NCBI GenBank assembly: GCA_964500795.1
Contig: CAZCQI010000001.1
Location: forward strand, 1-49,981
DNA: 49,981 bases
Origin: an uncultured Eubacteriales bacterium
Lineage (GTDB): Bacteria > Bacillota > Clostridia > Oscillospirales > Acutalibacteraceae
Direction of reading: 5' to 3'
The position numbers and the translations under genes are program-made. Shown in pieces: positions 27,831 to 36,897 of this stretch. Numbering within the stretch: the first letter of the stretch is position 1; each line of letters opens with the position of its first letter. The notes below the pieces were generated by a model. The model ran no database searches and was not told where the DNA came from. It was given only the letters and a program-made list of their open reading frames with translations.

Positions 27831-28072
27831 TTTATTTTATCGGTGGGTGCTTATTGCTTATTATGCTTATTGTATTCAAGAAAAGCGGATGCTTTTTTAA
27901 ATCCTTGTTTACAAGCGTTTTAGGTGGCTTAGGGGCGCTGTGCGCTGTGGGTGCGGTTTCATATTTTGTTCCGCTGACTTTGGGTATTAACCTTTACTCC
28001 TTAATATTCGGGGCAGTATTTTCCGTACCGGGGGTAATATTTATGCTTTTAACAAAAACCTTTTTGTTTTAG
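27827..28072 (+). CDS. bofA: BofA-like pro-sigma-K processing inhibitor (sporulation membrane protein)
   Basis: 81 aa with two or three TM segments, Gly-rich helices (VLGGLGALCAVGA, SVPGVIFMLL) and synteny with yaaL. Confidence 0.55.
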   Translation: MIYFIGGCLLLIMLIVFKKSGCFFKSLFTSVLGGLGALCAVGAVSYFVPLTLGINLYSLIFGAVFSVPGVIFMLLTKTFLF

Positions 28073-28129
28073 TTGAAAAGAAAATAATAAAGTTGTATAA
28101 TCACCTTATCATTTCTTAAGGAGATTTTT

Positions 28130-29353
28130 ATGGCACGGGATTTTACAAAGGTTTTCATAACGCCCAAGGGAGAAAAATTTATAAAAGGCGGTCACCTGTG
28201 GGTATTCGGTGATGAGGTAACTGCTGTTTCAGGTGAATACGAAAACGGCGATATTGTTGACGTTTATTCTCAAAAAGAACGGTATTTAGGCTCAGGCTAT
28301 ATAAATGACAATTCAAAAATCAGGGTGAGAATTATTTCCCGTAATGCTAATGATAAATTTGATGAAGCATTTTATGAACGAAGGCTTCGTTACGCCATAG
28401 ACTACCGCCGTACGGTAATGGGTGAAGAGGATTTTAAATGTTGCCGCCTTATTTTCGGCGAGGCGGACAGCTTCCCGGGGCTTACCGTTGACCGCTTTGA
28501 AAATATTATAGTTATTCAGGTGCTCTCCCTGGGAATTGAAAAAATCAAGCATTTTCTTATACCCGGATTGGTTAAAATACTCAGAGAGTACGGCGAAACC
28601 GTTGATGCGGTATACGAAAGAAATGATGTTGCAATACGTGAGCGTGAGGGTATGAAGCAGTATAAAGGCTTCTTTGAAGCTGAAGGACTGAAAACTGACC
28701 TTGACGGTGTAACGGTTATTGAAGAAAACGGAATAAAATTTGCAGTGGATTATATAAACGGGCAGAAAACAGGCTATTTTCTTGATCAAAAATATAACCG
28801 CCTTGCAATAAGAAAAATTGCAAAAGGCAGAAAGGTTCTTGATTGCTTTACCCACACGGGAGCTTTTGCTCTCAATGCCGCGGCGGCAGGCGCAAAGCTC
28901 GTTACAGCGGTAGATATTTCGGAAGAAGCAATAAATTCCGCAAAGCGCAATACTGCTCTTAACGGTTTTACCAATATGGAGTTTATTTGCACTAATGTTT
29001 TTGACCTTCTTACCGAAATGAAAGAAGAGAAAAAGTGCGATTACGATTTTATAATTCTCGACCCGCCTGCGTTTACAAAAAGCAGTGCTACCGTTAAGGC
29101 AGCCTACAGAGGATATAAGGAAATAAACCTTAAAGCAATGAAGCTTCTTCCGAGAGGTGGCTATCTTGCAACCTGCTCCTGCTCCCATTTTATGCCGGAC
29201 GAGCTTTTTAAAAAGATGCTCTGCGAAGCGGCAACGGATGCCGGAGTTTCCCTCAGACAGATAGAATGCCGTCAGCAAAGTGCCGACCATCCCGTTCTTT
29301 GGAATGTTCCCGAAACGGATTATTTGAAATTTTATATTTTTCAGGTTGTTTAA
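28130..29353 (+). CDS. rlmI: Class I SAM-dependent rRNA methyltransferase, RlmI/RlmK-like with N-terminal PUA-like domain
   Basis: GHLWVF N-terminus, SAM motif VLDCFTHTGAFAL, catalytic DPPAF and CSCS motifs. Confidence 0.82.
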   Translation: MARDFTKVFITPKGEKFIKGGHLWVFGDEVTAVSGEYENGDIVDVYSQKERYLGSGYINDNSKIRVRIISRNANDKFDEAFYERRLRYAIDYRRTVMGEEDFKCCRLIFGEADSFPGLTVDRFENIIVIQVLSLGIEKIKHFLIPGLVKILREYGETVDAVYERNDVAIREREGMKQYKGFFEAEGLKTDLDGVTVIEENGIKFAVDYINGQKTGYFLDQKYNRLAIRKIAKGRKVLDCFTHTGAFALNAAAAGAKLVTAVDISEEAINSAKRNTALNGFTNMEFICTNVFDLLTEMKEEKKCDYDFIILDPPAFTKSSATVKAAYRGYKEINLKAMKLLPRGGYLATCSCSHFMPDELFKKMLCEAATDAGVSLRQIECRQQSADHPVLWNVPETDYLKFYIFQVV

Positions 29354-29375
29354 AGCCTAACCCCGAGAGACTGAT

Positions 29376-29418
29376 AAAAAGAGCTGTTGTAACGGTGAAG
29401 TTGCAACAGCTCTTTTTT
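29376..29418 (+). terminator. Intrinsic terminator after the rlmI-like gene
   Basis: Stem gagctgttg / caacagctc flanked by an A-run and a tttttt run. Confidence 0.75.
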
Positions 29419-29616
29419 GACTTTTTTTGAATTTTTCTTCGATGAAAAGTTTTGAATTATTTGGTTTTTCAGATGTGTTTTTTCAACTTGAAGCCCATAT
29501 TTACTTGATAATTCATTGCGGCTGTGATATAATTTTGCATATGTGTGAAAGTGTGCGTTTTTTACAAAAATCGAAATTGCATTTTGTAGTATAATGGTGC
29601 AAAGAGGCGAAAACAA

Positions 29617-30435
29617 ATGATTAAATGGCTTCGAAGGATAACCGTGATTGTATTCGTTGTGGTGCTTATTGCCTATGTAGGTTTTTCCTTTATGGCGAAA
29701 GTAACGACAGATACAACTATTCCTGAAATACAAATTGAAACAGATGAACTCGAAATCAGCGTAAAGGATAAAAAAGAGGCTCTGCTCCAAGGAGTTACCG
29801 CCTTTGACCAAAAAGACGGAGATATTACCGACAAGGTTCTCGTAGAGACGGTTTCAAAATTTATAACACCCGGAGAATTTAACGTTACCTATGCCGTTGC
29901 AGACGACGATAATCACGTAACAAAGGCAACGCGCAGAGTTCGTTACACCGACTATACTCCACCTGAGTTTTATATGAAACGGGCTCTTGTATATTCTGTT
30001 GATGAAGCTGTTGATATCAGATCTGCTGTGGGCGCAAGGGATTGTATTGACGGAGATATAAGTGACAGAGTAACTATTACTGCCACCGATTATGTTCAGA
30101 ATACTACAGGCGTATTTAGTGTTTCTCTTCAGGTTTCAAACAGTATGGGTCATATGATATACCTTGATGTTACAGTGCATGTTGAGGGCAATGAAACAAT
30201 GGCTCCGGAAATACAACTGAAGAATACTCTTATATACATAAAAAAAGGTGAAAAACCCGTATTTGAAGATTATATAAAAGAGGTAACGGTAAACGGCGTT
30301 TTGATGAAAGATTACGAATTACTCATTTCAACTAACTTTGACAGTGAACAAGAAGGCACATATAACGTGCATTATTATATTTCAACAAACGGTGGATATG
30401 AAGGTCATTCGATTCTTACGGTTGTTGTTGAGTGA
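29617..30435 (+). CDS. Membrane-anchored protein with repeated Ig-like (DUF5011-type) domains
   Basis: N-terminal TM (ITVIVFVVVLIAYVGFSF). Repeated signature A-x-D-x-x-DGDI(T/S)D(K/R)V occurs twice (AFDQKDGDITDKV, ARDCIDGDISDRV). Confidence 0.6.
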   Translation: MIKWLRRITVIVFVVVLIAYVGFSFMAKVTTDTTIPEIQIETDELEISVKDKKEALLQGVTAFDQKDGDITDKVLVETVSKFITPGEFNVTYAVADDDNHVTKATRRVRYTDYTPPEFYMKRALVYSVDEAVDIRSAVGARDCIDGDISDRVTITATDYVQNTTGVFSVSLQVSNSMGHMIYLDVTVHVEGNETMAPEIQLKNTLIYIKKGEKPVFEDYIKEVTVNGVLMKDYELLISTNFDSEQEGTYNVHYYISTNGGYEGHSILTVVVE

Positions 30436-30450
30436 TAGGTGGGATAATCT

Positions 30451-31926
30451 TTGGAAAAAAATGAATCTTCGTTTAGAATAAACTTCGAATGGCATAGCCT
30501 TCTTAAAGACCTTATTCGCAACATCTGGCTTGTTATCCTTGCAGGGGTGATTGCCTTTTTAGGTATTCGGGTTGTGGAAAACAGTGGTTATACCCCCACT
30601 TACACAAGCAGCGCAGTTCTTGTTGTTCGTTCAAAGGTCGGAACCACAGGGGTGTACAGTAACCTTGAATCCTCAGTTGAAATGGCAAAAATATTTACAA
30701 CTGTTTTTAAACAATCCACAATGAAAAAGCTTGCCGCAGAAAATATCGGTGAGAAATCCTTTAACGGAACAATTCAAGCAGATGTCACCGGAACAACAAA
30801 TCTTTTGAATATTTCTGTGAGCAGTAAGGATCCTGAATTATCCTTTCGCTTACTTTCATCGATTCTTGAGGTTTATCCCGATGTTTCCGATACCATATTC
30901 AGCGATGCTGTTATTGATATTATTTCATATCCTGATATGCCTACATCTCCGTCAAACTCTCCGTTGACGATTTACAGAAACTATATTATTCTGTTTTTTA
31001 TGGCTTTTGAAGCGGCAATGATTTTTCTTTTTTCTATACTGAGAGAAACTGTTAAAGATGAAAAAGGCTTTTTTGAGGATATTGATGCAGAGCTTATAGG
31101 GACCATAGCTCACGAACACCCCCATATTTCATTCAGAGAAAAACTCAAAAAGAAAAAAAGAGCTATGTTGATAAATGATGCTTATTCAACGCTCAAATAT
31201 ACCGAGGATTATCATAAGCTGGCAACGAAGTTTGAATATATGCGAAAAAGGAAGGAGCAAAAGGTTTTTACAGTAACAAGTGTTGCGGAAAATGAAGGTA
31301 AATCAACTGTTGCTTCAAATATAGCTTTAGCACTTTCCGAAAGAGGGTATAAAGTTGCCCTTATAGATCTGGATGTACGCAAGCCCTCTCTGTATAAAAT
31401 ATTTGATTTCCGCCATGAATTGAAAACAGAGTTTTCAGATGTTCTTTCTAACAAAGCCACTTTAAGCGAGTTTGGTTTTTTTTCGTATAAAAAAGGCGAA
31501 TTATTAATAGCTTTCAATAAAAAATCTTACCAAAATTCCCATTATTTATTCAGCAATAAAACATTTAAACAGTGTATTTCGGTTCTCAGCAAAAAAATGG
31601 ACTTTGTTATTATAGATACCCCGCCGTGTTCCGTTTCAGCAGACGCGGTAACAATTTCTTCTTTTGCAGATGCTTCTTTACTTGTTGTGAGAACAGATTG
31701 CGTCGCTGTTGAAGACATAAACGATGCAATTTTGTCCCTTTCTGAATCCGATGGCAATTTTGCGGGCTGTATTCTGAATGATGTACACAAACAGTTCACC
31801 TTATTCGGTCAGATGGGTTCGGAAGAAACAGGATATTACAGGTCGTATTATAACGGTTATTCAAAATATGCCGGAAGCAACAACACAGATTATAAAAGAG
31901 AAATAGTTGACAAAAGAACCGACTAA
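30451..31926 (+). CDS. Fused Wzz-type chain-length-determinant / BY-tyrosine autokinase (paralog 1)
   Basis: Two TM segments bracket a ~150-aa outer domain. The kinase has Walker A-like AENEGKST, Walker A' LIDLDVRKP, Walker B VIIDTPP and a C-terminal Tyr cluster GYYRSYYNGYSKY. TTG start 7 nt after AGGTGGG. Confidence 0.78.
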   Translation: MEKNESSFRINFEWHSLLKDLIRNIWLVILAGVIAFLGIRVVENSGYTPTYTSSAVLVVRSKVGTTGVYSNLESSVEMAKIFTTVFKQSTMKKLAAENIGEKSFNGTIQADVTGTTNLLNISVSSKDPELSFRLLSSILEVYPDVSDTIFSDAVIDIISYPDMPTSPSNSPLTIYRNYIILFFMAFEAAMIFLFSILRETVKDEKGFFEDIDAELIGTIAHEHPHISFREKLKKKKRAMLINDAYSTLKYTEDYHKLATKFEYMRKRKEQKVFTVTSVAENEGKSTVASNIALALSERGYKVALIDLDVRKPSLYKIFDFRHELKTEFSDVLSNKATLSEFGFFSYKKGELLIAFNKKSYQNSHYLFSNKTFKQCISVLSKKMDFVIIDTPPCSVSADAVTISSFADASLLVVRTDCVAVEDINDAILSLSESDGNFAGCILNDVHKQFTLFGQMGSEETGYYRSYYNGYSKYAGSNNTDYKREIVDKRTD

Positions 31927-31965
31927 GACTCTAATAAAAACTAAAGTCAGAAATAAGGTTATTAT

Positions 31966-33435
31966 ATGTACAATGAAAAACCAAATCGGGATATAACCAA
32001 CGCTACCGATGCCGTTAACCTTAAAGTCCTCATAAGCGATATATGGCGCGGATTTGTTAAATTCATCTGGATAGCTGTTGTTCTTGCCGTGCTTTTCGGC
32101 GGAATCCAGTTTTACAGAAGTTATATCAATTTCACCCCTGTTTACACCGTAACCGCAACTTTTACGGTTCAGACCGAAAACAAGGTTCTTTCGGGTGATA
32201 ACGGCGTTTCGGCATACGCCTTTTACTATAACAGAGACACCGCAAATCAGCTTGCATCAGTTTTTCCGTATATAATCAATAACCCAATTCTTACAACAAA
32301 GGTTTGTGAAGAATTGAATGTTAAAGCGATGCCGGCAACCGTTACCGCAACCTGCATTGCCGATACAAATATGGTTACGCTTACCGCAAAGGGATCGGAC
32401 TCTCAAAAAACTTATGATACATTGCTCTCTGTTATTGATAATTATTCTTCGGTTGCCGATTATATAATCGGCCGAACAAAGCTCGTAATAATCAGCGAAC
32501 CCGAAGTTCCGAAACAGCCTTCAAACACAATGGATTGGATTCAATCGGTAGTTATTGCCGCTTTTATCGGCGGTGCCATCGGTGTAGGTTGGATTATTAT
32601 TTATGCTCTTCTGAGAAAAACAATCCGAACAAAAGCGGATATCCGAAAAGTTCTTAATCAAAAGTGTATAGGAGTTATCCCGCAGGTTGTTTTCAAAAAA
32701 TACCGAAGAAAAATTAACACCGATGTTATTCTTACTAATCCCCATATCGGTAACGATTTTTTGGAATCGTTGAGGTTGCTCATGAATTCGGTTCAGAAGC
32801 ATCTTTCTGCCGATGAAAAAATTGTTATGATAACAAGCACCGCTCCCGAAGAAGGGAAATCGGTAGTAACTCTTAACCTTGCATCTGTCTTTGCTCAAAG
32901 CCGCGATGTCCTTGTGGTGGACTGCGATTTGAGAGATTCGGGAATATATCCCTTGGCAACAAACAATGCCGGAACAATCACAACAAAAACAGATAATGAG
33001 ACTTATTCCATAAACCATTTAGAAGCTCTCGGAATTGATTTTCTCAGCTTTAAGGATGGCGAAAGTGCGCTTCAAAGTATAATCCGCACTTCTGAGCTTC
33101 AGGAAATTCTTTCGAAATTAAAGGAGCGCTATGACATAATCTTTGTTGATACGCCTCCTTGCGGTATAATTTCAGATGCCGCTATTGTTGCAAGGGCTTC
33201 GGATGCCATTCTCTATATCGTAAGACAAGATGCTGTTATGCAATCTGTTATAAGAACAAGAATGAGCACTATGCTTCAAACGGAAACAAAGTTCCTCGGT
33301 TGTATTCTTAACGGAGCTACAGGCGGTTTGGGTGGCTACGGCAACTATTATCGGTACGGCGGCTACAACAAATATTACCGTCACGGGTATATGTACAAAG
33401 GAAGCTACGGATATCGCAGTAAAAATAAGAAATAA
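31966..33435 (+). CDS. Fused Wzz-type chain-length-determinant / BY-tyrosine autokinase (paralog 2)
   Basis: Same architecture as paralog 1. Walker A-like APEEGKSV, A' VVDCDLRD, B IFVDTPP and a very Tyr-rich tail GGYGNYYRYGGYNKYYRHGYMYKGSYGYRS. Confidence 0.82.
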   Translation: MYNEKPNRDITNATDAVNLKVLISDIWRGFVKFIWIAVVLAVLFGGIQFYRSYINFTPVYTVTATFTVQTENKVLSGDNGVSAYAFYYNRDTANQLASVFPYIINNPILTTKVCEELNVKAMPATVTATCIADTNMVTLTAKGSDSQKTYDTLLSVIDNYSSVADYIIGRTKLVIISEPEVPKQPSNTMDWIQSVVIAAFIGGAIGVGWIIIYALLRKTIRTKADIRKVLNQKCIGVIPQVVFKKYRRKINTDVILTNPHIGNDFLESLRLLMNSVQKHLSADEKIVMITSTAPEEGKSVVTLNLASVFAQSRDVLVVDCDLRDSGIYPLATNNAGTITTKTDNETYSINHLEALGIDFLSFKDGESALQSIIRTSELQEILSKLKERYDIIFVDTPPCGIISDAAIVARASDAILYIVRQDAVMQSVIRTRMSTMLQTETKFLGCILNGATGGLGGYGNYYRYGGYNKYYRHGYMYKGSYGYRSKNKK

Positions 33436-33452
33436 AGAAAAGAGGTTGCCCC

Positions 33453-35171
33453 ATGAAGAATCCGGGTGAATATGTTGAGCTTTTTCGTTCTCTCGGAAAG
33501 GAATGGAAATGGCTTTTTAAATATATTTCCAAATATCGCGTACAAATCATATTTTATATTATCATAGGGCTTATAAGCACAGCAATGGGTCTGGGCGTTA
33601 ATATTGCAATGAAATATTTAATCGACTCCGTTGTTTCCCATAATAACGAAACAATTATCAAAAGTGCGGCTTTGGCTATCAGTCTGGGACTCACCCAGCT
33701 GATAGTAAGTGCGATTGTTTCACGGATATCATCTGTTGTCGGAACAAAAGTCAGTAACGAGATCAGAGAAAGTGTTTATGAGCATATAACATTTTCAAAA
33801 TGGGAGGATATAGGAAAATATCATTCCGGTGATCTGCTTAACAGAATTGAAGGCGACGTAACTGCTGTTTCAAGCAGCATTATTACGTATATTCCCAATG
33901 TTTTCACAAAAATTGCTCAATTTTTAGGTTGCCTTATAATTGTTCTTTATTATGATCCGACTATGGCAATTTTCGCACTTATGAGTGCACCGTTCTTGGT
34001 TCTTTCTTCAAGAATATCTACTAAAATGATGCGCAAATACAACAAAGAAAGTCGGGAAATGAACGGAAAGATTCTGTCCTTTTATTCAGAATCAATTCAA
34101 AATCTTCAAACAATCAAAGCTTTCGATATAACAAAGCGTTATGTTGACCAGCTTAAAAATAATCTGAAATTATACAGAAAAATTAAACTTGACTACGATA
34201 AATTTTCAATCAAAATAACTCTGTGTATGTCGGTTATAGGGCTCATTGTGTCCTATTGCTGCTACGGTTGGGGTGTTTACCGTCTTTGGCAAGGTGTTAT
34301 TACCTATGGTACAATGACCTTGTTTCTCCAGATTTCCGGTCAACTGACATCATCCTTCTCTGCACTTGTGACGCTTTTTCCGTCTGCAATTTCAATAGCA
34401 ACTGCTGCCGGCAGAATTATGGAGATAACAGATCTGCCTCTTGAAGAATGTAAAAATAACGAAAAAGCTGAAAAAATGGAAAAAAGCGCAAACGAAAGCG
34501 GCTTAACTTTATGTTGTAACGGTCTTACATACACTTATCCCGACTGTAAGAAACCGGTTGTAAGTGATATTACATTCAGAGCTGAGCCCGGAGAAACTAT
34601 TGCTTTTATAGGACCTTCCGGTGAAGGGAAAACAACGATTTTAAGACTCATTTTAGGGCTCGTTGAACCTGATTCAGGCGAAATAACAATGGCAACGAAC
34701 AACGGTGATAATATTCCTGTTTCCGAAAGCACAAGAAGATTTTGTTCATATGTTCCTCAAGGAAACGCAATATTCTCAGGCTCTATAGCAGATAACCTGA
34801 GAATCGTTCGTCCCGAGGCAACCGATGAAGATGTTACCGAAGCGCTGAAAACAGCGGATGCGTGGGGCTTCATAGAAAAATTACCTGAAGGAATCTATAC
34901 TGAAATAAATGAAAAGGGTGTTAATTTCTCAGAAGGTCAGATTCAGCGAATTTCAATTGCAAGAGCAATTTTGAGAGATGCTCCGGTAATTGTTATGGAT
35001 GAAGCTACAAGTGCTCTTGATGCTGCAACAGAGAAAACCGTTCTCGCGAATATGATGAAAGCTTATCCCAACAGAACAAGAATTATAACCACCCACAGAC
35101 CGAGTATGTTAAACTATTGTACAAGAGTTTACAATATTGACAAAAGAGGTAATCTCGTTGAATATAATTGA
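33453..35171 (+). CDS. ABC exporter, fused TMD-NBD half-transporter (MsbA/bacteriocin-exporter type, no C39 peptidase domain)
   Basis: Six predicted TM helices, then Walker A GPSGEGKTT, signature FSEGQIQR and Walker B VIVMDEATS. Starts 17 nt after the second kinase gene. Confidence 0.9.
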   Translation: MKNPGEYVELFRSLGKEWKWLFKYISKYRVQIIFYIIIGLISTAMGLGVNIAMKYLIDSVVSHNNETIIKSAALAISLGLTQLIVSAIVSRISSVVGTKVSNEIRESVYEHITFSKWEDIGKYHSGDLLNRIEGDVTAVSSSIITYIPNVFTKIAQFLGCLIIVLYYDPTMAIFALMSAPFLVLSSRISTKMMRKYNKESREMNGKILSFYSESIQNLQTIKAFDITKRYVDQLKNNLKLYRKIKLDYDKFSIKITLCMSVIGLIVSYCCYGWGVYRLWQGVITYGTMTLFLQISGQLTSSFSALVTLFPSAISIATAAGRIMEITDLPLEECKNNEKAEKMEKSANESGLTLCCNGLTYTYPDCKKPVVSDITFRAEPGETIAFIGPSGEGKTTILRLILGLVEPDSGEITMATNNGDNIPVSESTRRFCSYVPQGNAIFSGSIADNLRIVRPEATDEDVTEALKTADAWGFIEKLPEGIYTEINEKGVNFSEGQIQRISIARAILRDAPVIVMDEATSALDAATEKTVLANMMKAYPNRTRIITTHRPSMLNYCTRVYNIDKRGNLVEYN

Positions 35172-35243
35172 ATTTTTATTTCCGTTATTTTTTAAAGAAC
35201 AGTCCCTTTCTTACTCTTTAATAAGATTTTTGTGTATTTTATA

Positions 35244-35272
35244 TTGAAATAAAAAAACAACAATGTTATAAT
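35244..35272 (+). promoter_or_regulatory. Near-consensus sigma-A promoter for the PqqD/rSAM/peptide/kinase operon
   Basis: TTGAAA-N17-TATAAT with a TGt extended -10, 45 nt upstream of the ATG at 35317. GAGG RBS. Confidence 0.65.
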
Positions 35273-35316
35273 TTATTGTGGTATAGGTTGCGAAAAGACT
35301 TTGTGAGGTTCTTATT

Positions 35317-35583
35317 ATGTATAAAATTAAAGATGGTTTTATAATAAGAAAAATCGGTGGCCGGATAATGGCAGTTCCTATCGGAAGCAGAACCGGCAGC
35401 ATACATGGAATGATCGCTTTAACCGAAAGCGGTGAACTTCTTTGGAATGTCCTTGAAAAAGGGGCAGATACCGAAAAGCTTGTTACAGTTTTAACTGATA
35501 ATTACGAAGTCGAAAAAACGGTTGCAATCGCCGATGTAGAAAAGTTTATTGCCAATCTTGCGCAACAGGGTGTGCTCGAATGA
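35317..35583 (+). CDS. PqqD-family protein (stand-alone RiPP recognition element / peptide chaperone)
   Basis: 88 aa with the pattern typical of PqqD-like proteins (IIRKIGGRIMAVP ... LTESGELLWNVLEKG ... LVTVLTDNYEV ... DVEKFIANLAQQGVLE). ATGA overlap with the radical SAM gene. Confidence 0.72.
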   Translation: MYKIKDGFIIRKIGGRIMAVPIGSRTGSIHGMIALTESGELLWNVLEKGADTEKLVTVLTDNYEVEKTVAIADVEKFIANLAQQGVLE

Positions 35584-36629
35584 TTGATTGCGGACAAATC
35601 GGCAACGATTACATAGAACAGCTCAGAGCATGGGCAAAACGTAATTTCGTTCCGCTTACTGCTACCTTCGAATTAACTCCTTTTTGCAATTTCGATTGCG
35701 TTATGTGCTATGTTCATTTAACAAAAGAAGCAGCCGAAAAGCAAGGCAAGCTGCTTACTGCCGACGAATGGATCGAAATAGCCCAACAAGCAAAAAATAT
35801 GGGCACTCTTAACCTTTCCTTAACCGGCGGTGAACCGTTTTTGCACCCTGAGTTCTGGAAAATCTACGAAGAACTGAACAAAATGGGGTTTTTGATTTCT
35901 GTTTTATCCAACGGCTCAATGATTGACGAGTCTGTAATGGAAAAATTTCGTAAATACGGTATGCCGTATATGGTTAAGCTCACTCTTTACGGTGCAAGCG
36001 ATGAAACATATCAACGCACCTGCAATTCACCAAATGGCTTCACAAGGTTTACAAAAGCCGTTGATCTTCTTAAAGATGCGGGAGTACCATTAAGTATAAC
36101 CTCAACCATAGTAAAAGAAAACGTAGATGATTTGCAAGATATCTACCGTTTTGCAAGAGAAAGGAATTTGCCTTTACAGCATACAATAACCGTGGTTAAA
36201 TCCTCCAGAGGGTCAATAAACACAATTGAAAAATCCCGGTTTAATTTTGATGATTATTGTGAGAAGCTGACTCTTGATGACCTTGAAAAAAGTAAATTTC
36301 CTTCTGCTGATGAGCCGTTTTCTTTATGCGGCAGCTTCGGAAATTCCTTCTGGATGACTTGGCACGGGCATTTACAGATGTGTTCATTTATGAACCTTCC
36401 TGACGTCCCGTATTCAGGAAATTTAAATTCAGATTTTAAAAAGCTGAATGAAATGCTGTTAAAACTGAGAAATCCCGTTGAATGCGAGAAGTGTCAGTAT
36501 AAAACATTCTGCCAAAGATGTCCCGGAATTTTGTGCGGTGAGAGCGGACACCCTGAAAAAACAACCGACAGAATCTGTAGCTTAGCAAGACGATTTTTTG
36601 AATTATATAAAACCAAGAAAGAGAATTGA
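35580..36629 (+). CDS. Radical SAM enzyme with C-terminal SPASM-type auxiliary-cluster domain
   Basis: CNFDCVMCY (CX3CX2C) and a GGEP motif (LTGGEPFLHPEF). C-terminal C-x12-G-x4-C, then CEKCQYKTFCQRC (CX2CX5CX2C) plus two more Cys. Only 349 aa, with no N-terminal RRE. Confidence 0.85.
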   Translation: MIDCGQIGNDYIEQLRAWAKRNFVPLTATFELTPFCNFDCVMCYVHLTKEAAEKQGKLLTADEWIEIAQQAKNMGTLNLSLTGGEPFLHPEFWKIYEELNKMGFLISVLSNGSMIDESVMEKFRKYGMPYMVKLTLYGASDETYQRTCNSPNGFTRFTKAVDLLKDAGVPLSITSTIVKENVDDLQDIYRFARERNLPLQHTITVVKSSRGSINTIEKSRFNFDDYCEKLTLDDLEKSKFPSADEPFSLCGSFGNSFWMTWHGHLQMCSFMNLPDVPYSGNLNSDFKKLNEMLLKLRNPVECEKCQYKTFCQRCPGILCGESGHPEKTTDRICSLARRFFELYKTKKEN

Positions 36630-36630
36630 T

Positions 36631-36897
36631 ATGAAAAAGAAATATATCGTTCCCGACTGTAAGCTTTTTGCAATCAATATAAGTGAAAATATTGCAGCTT
36701 CCGGAGGTTCTTCTGAAATCTCGGGCTCTGCGGTTATTCAGTTTTTTCAATATATTGATGGTTGCAGAGGTATTTATACAAAAAATGATACGGCAACTGT
36801 AAACCCGAATAATTCTACTTTTATGGATTACTATAATGAATTGCTCACATACGGTGCCGAAGTTTATTTTAATTGTTTCCGCTACCAATACGGATGA
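36631..36897 (+). CDS. Candidate RiPP precursor peptide (88 aa), Tyr/Phe-rich C-terminal region
   Basis: ATG lies 1 nt after the rSAM stop, with an AAGAAAGAGAA RBS. The stop overlaps the next start (ATGA). Sequence: MKKKYIVPDCKLFAINISENIAASGGSSEISGSAVIQFFQYIDGCRGIYTKNDTATVNPNNSTFMDYYNELLTYGAEVYFNCFRYQYG. I recognised no family. Confidence 0.5.
   Translation: MKKKYIVPDCKLFAINISENIAASGGSSEISGSAVIQFFQYIDGCRGIYTKNDTATVNPNNSTFMDYYNELLTYGAEVYFNCFRYQYG

Noticed and set aside
28313-29290. 325-aa ORF on the minus strand
   Set aside because: It is entirely antisense to the well-supported RlmI-like methyltransferase gene. The translation is low-complexity (Phe/Lys/Cys-rich) with no motifs. This is a typical shadow ORF.
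29350-29811. 153-aa minus-strand ORF spanning the rlmI terminator and the start of the Ig-like gene
   Set aside because: It crosses a strong terminator and an intergenic promoter region and overlaps a better-supported plus-strand gene. No RBS or motif was found.
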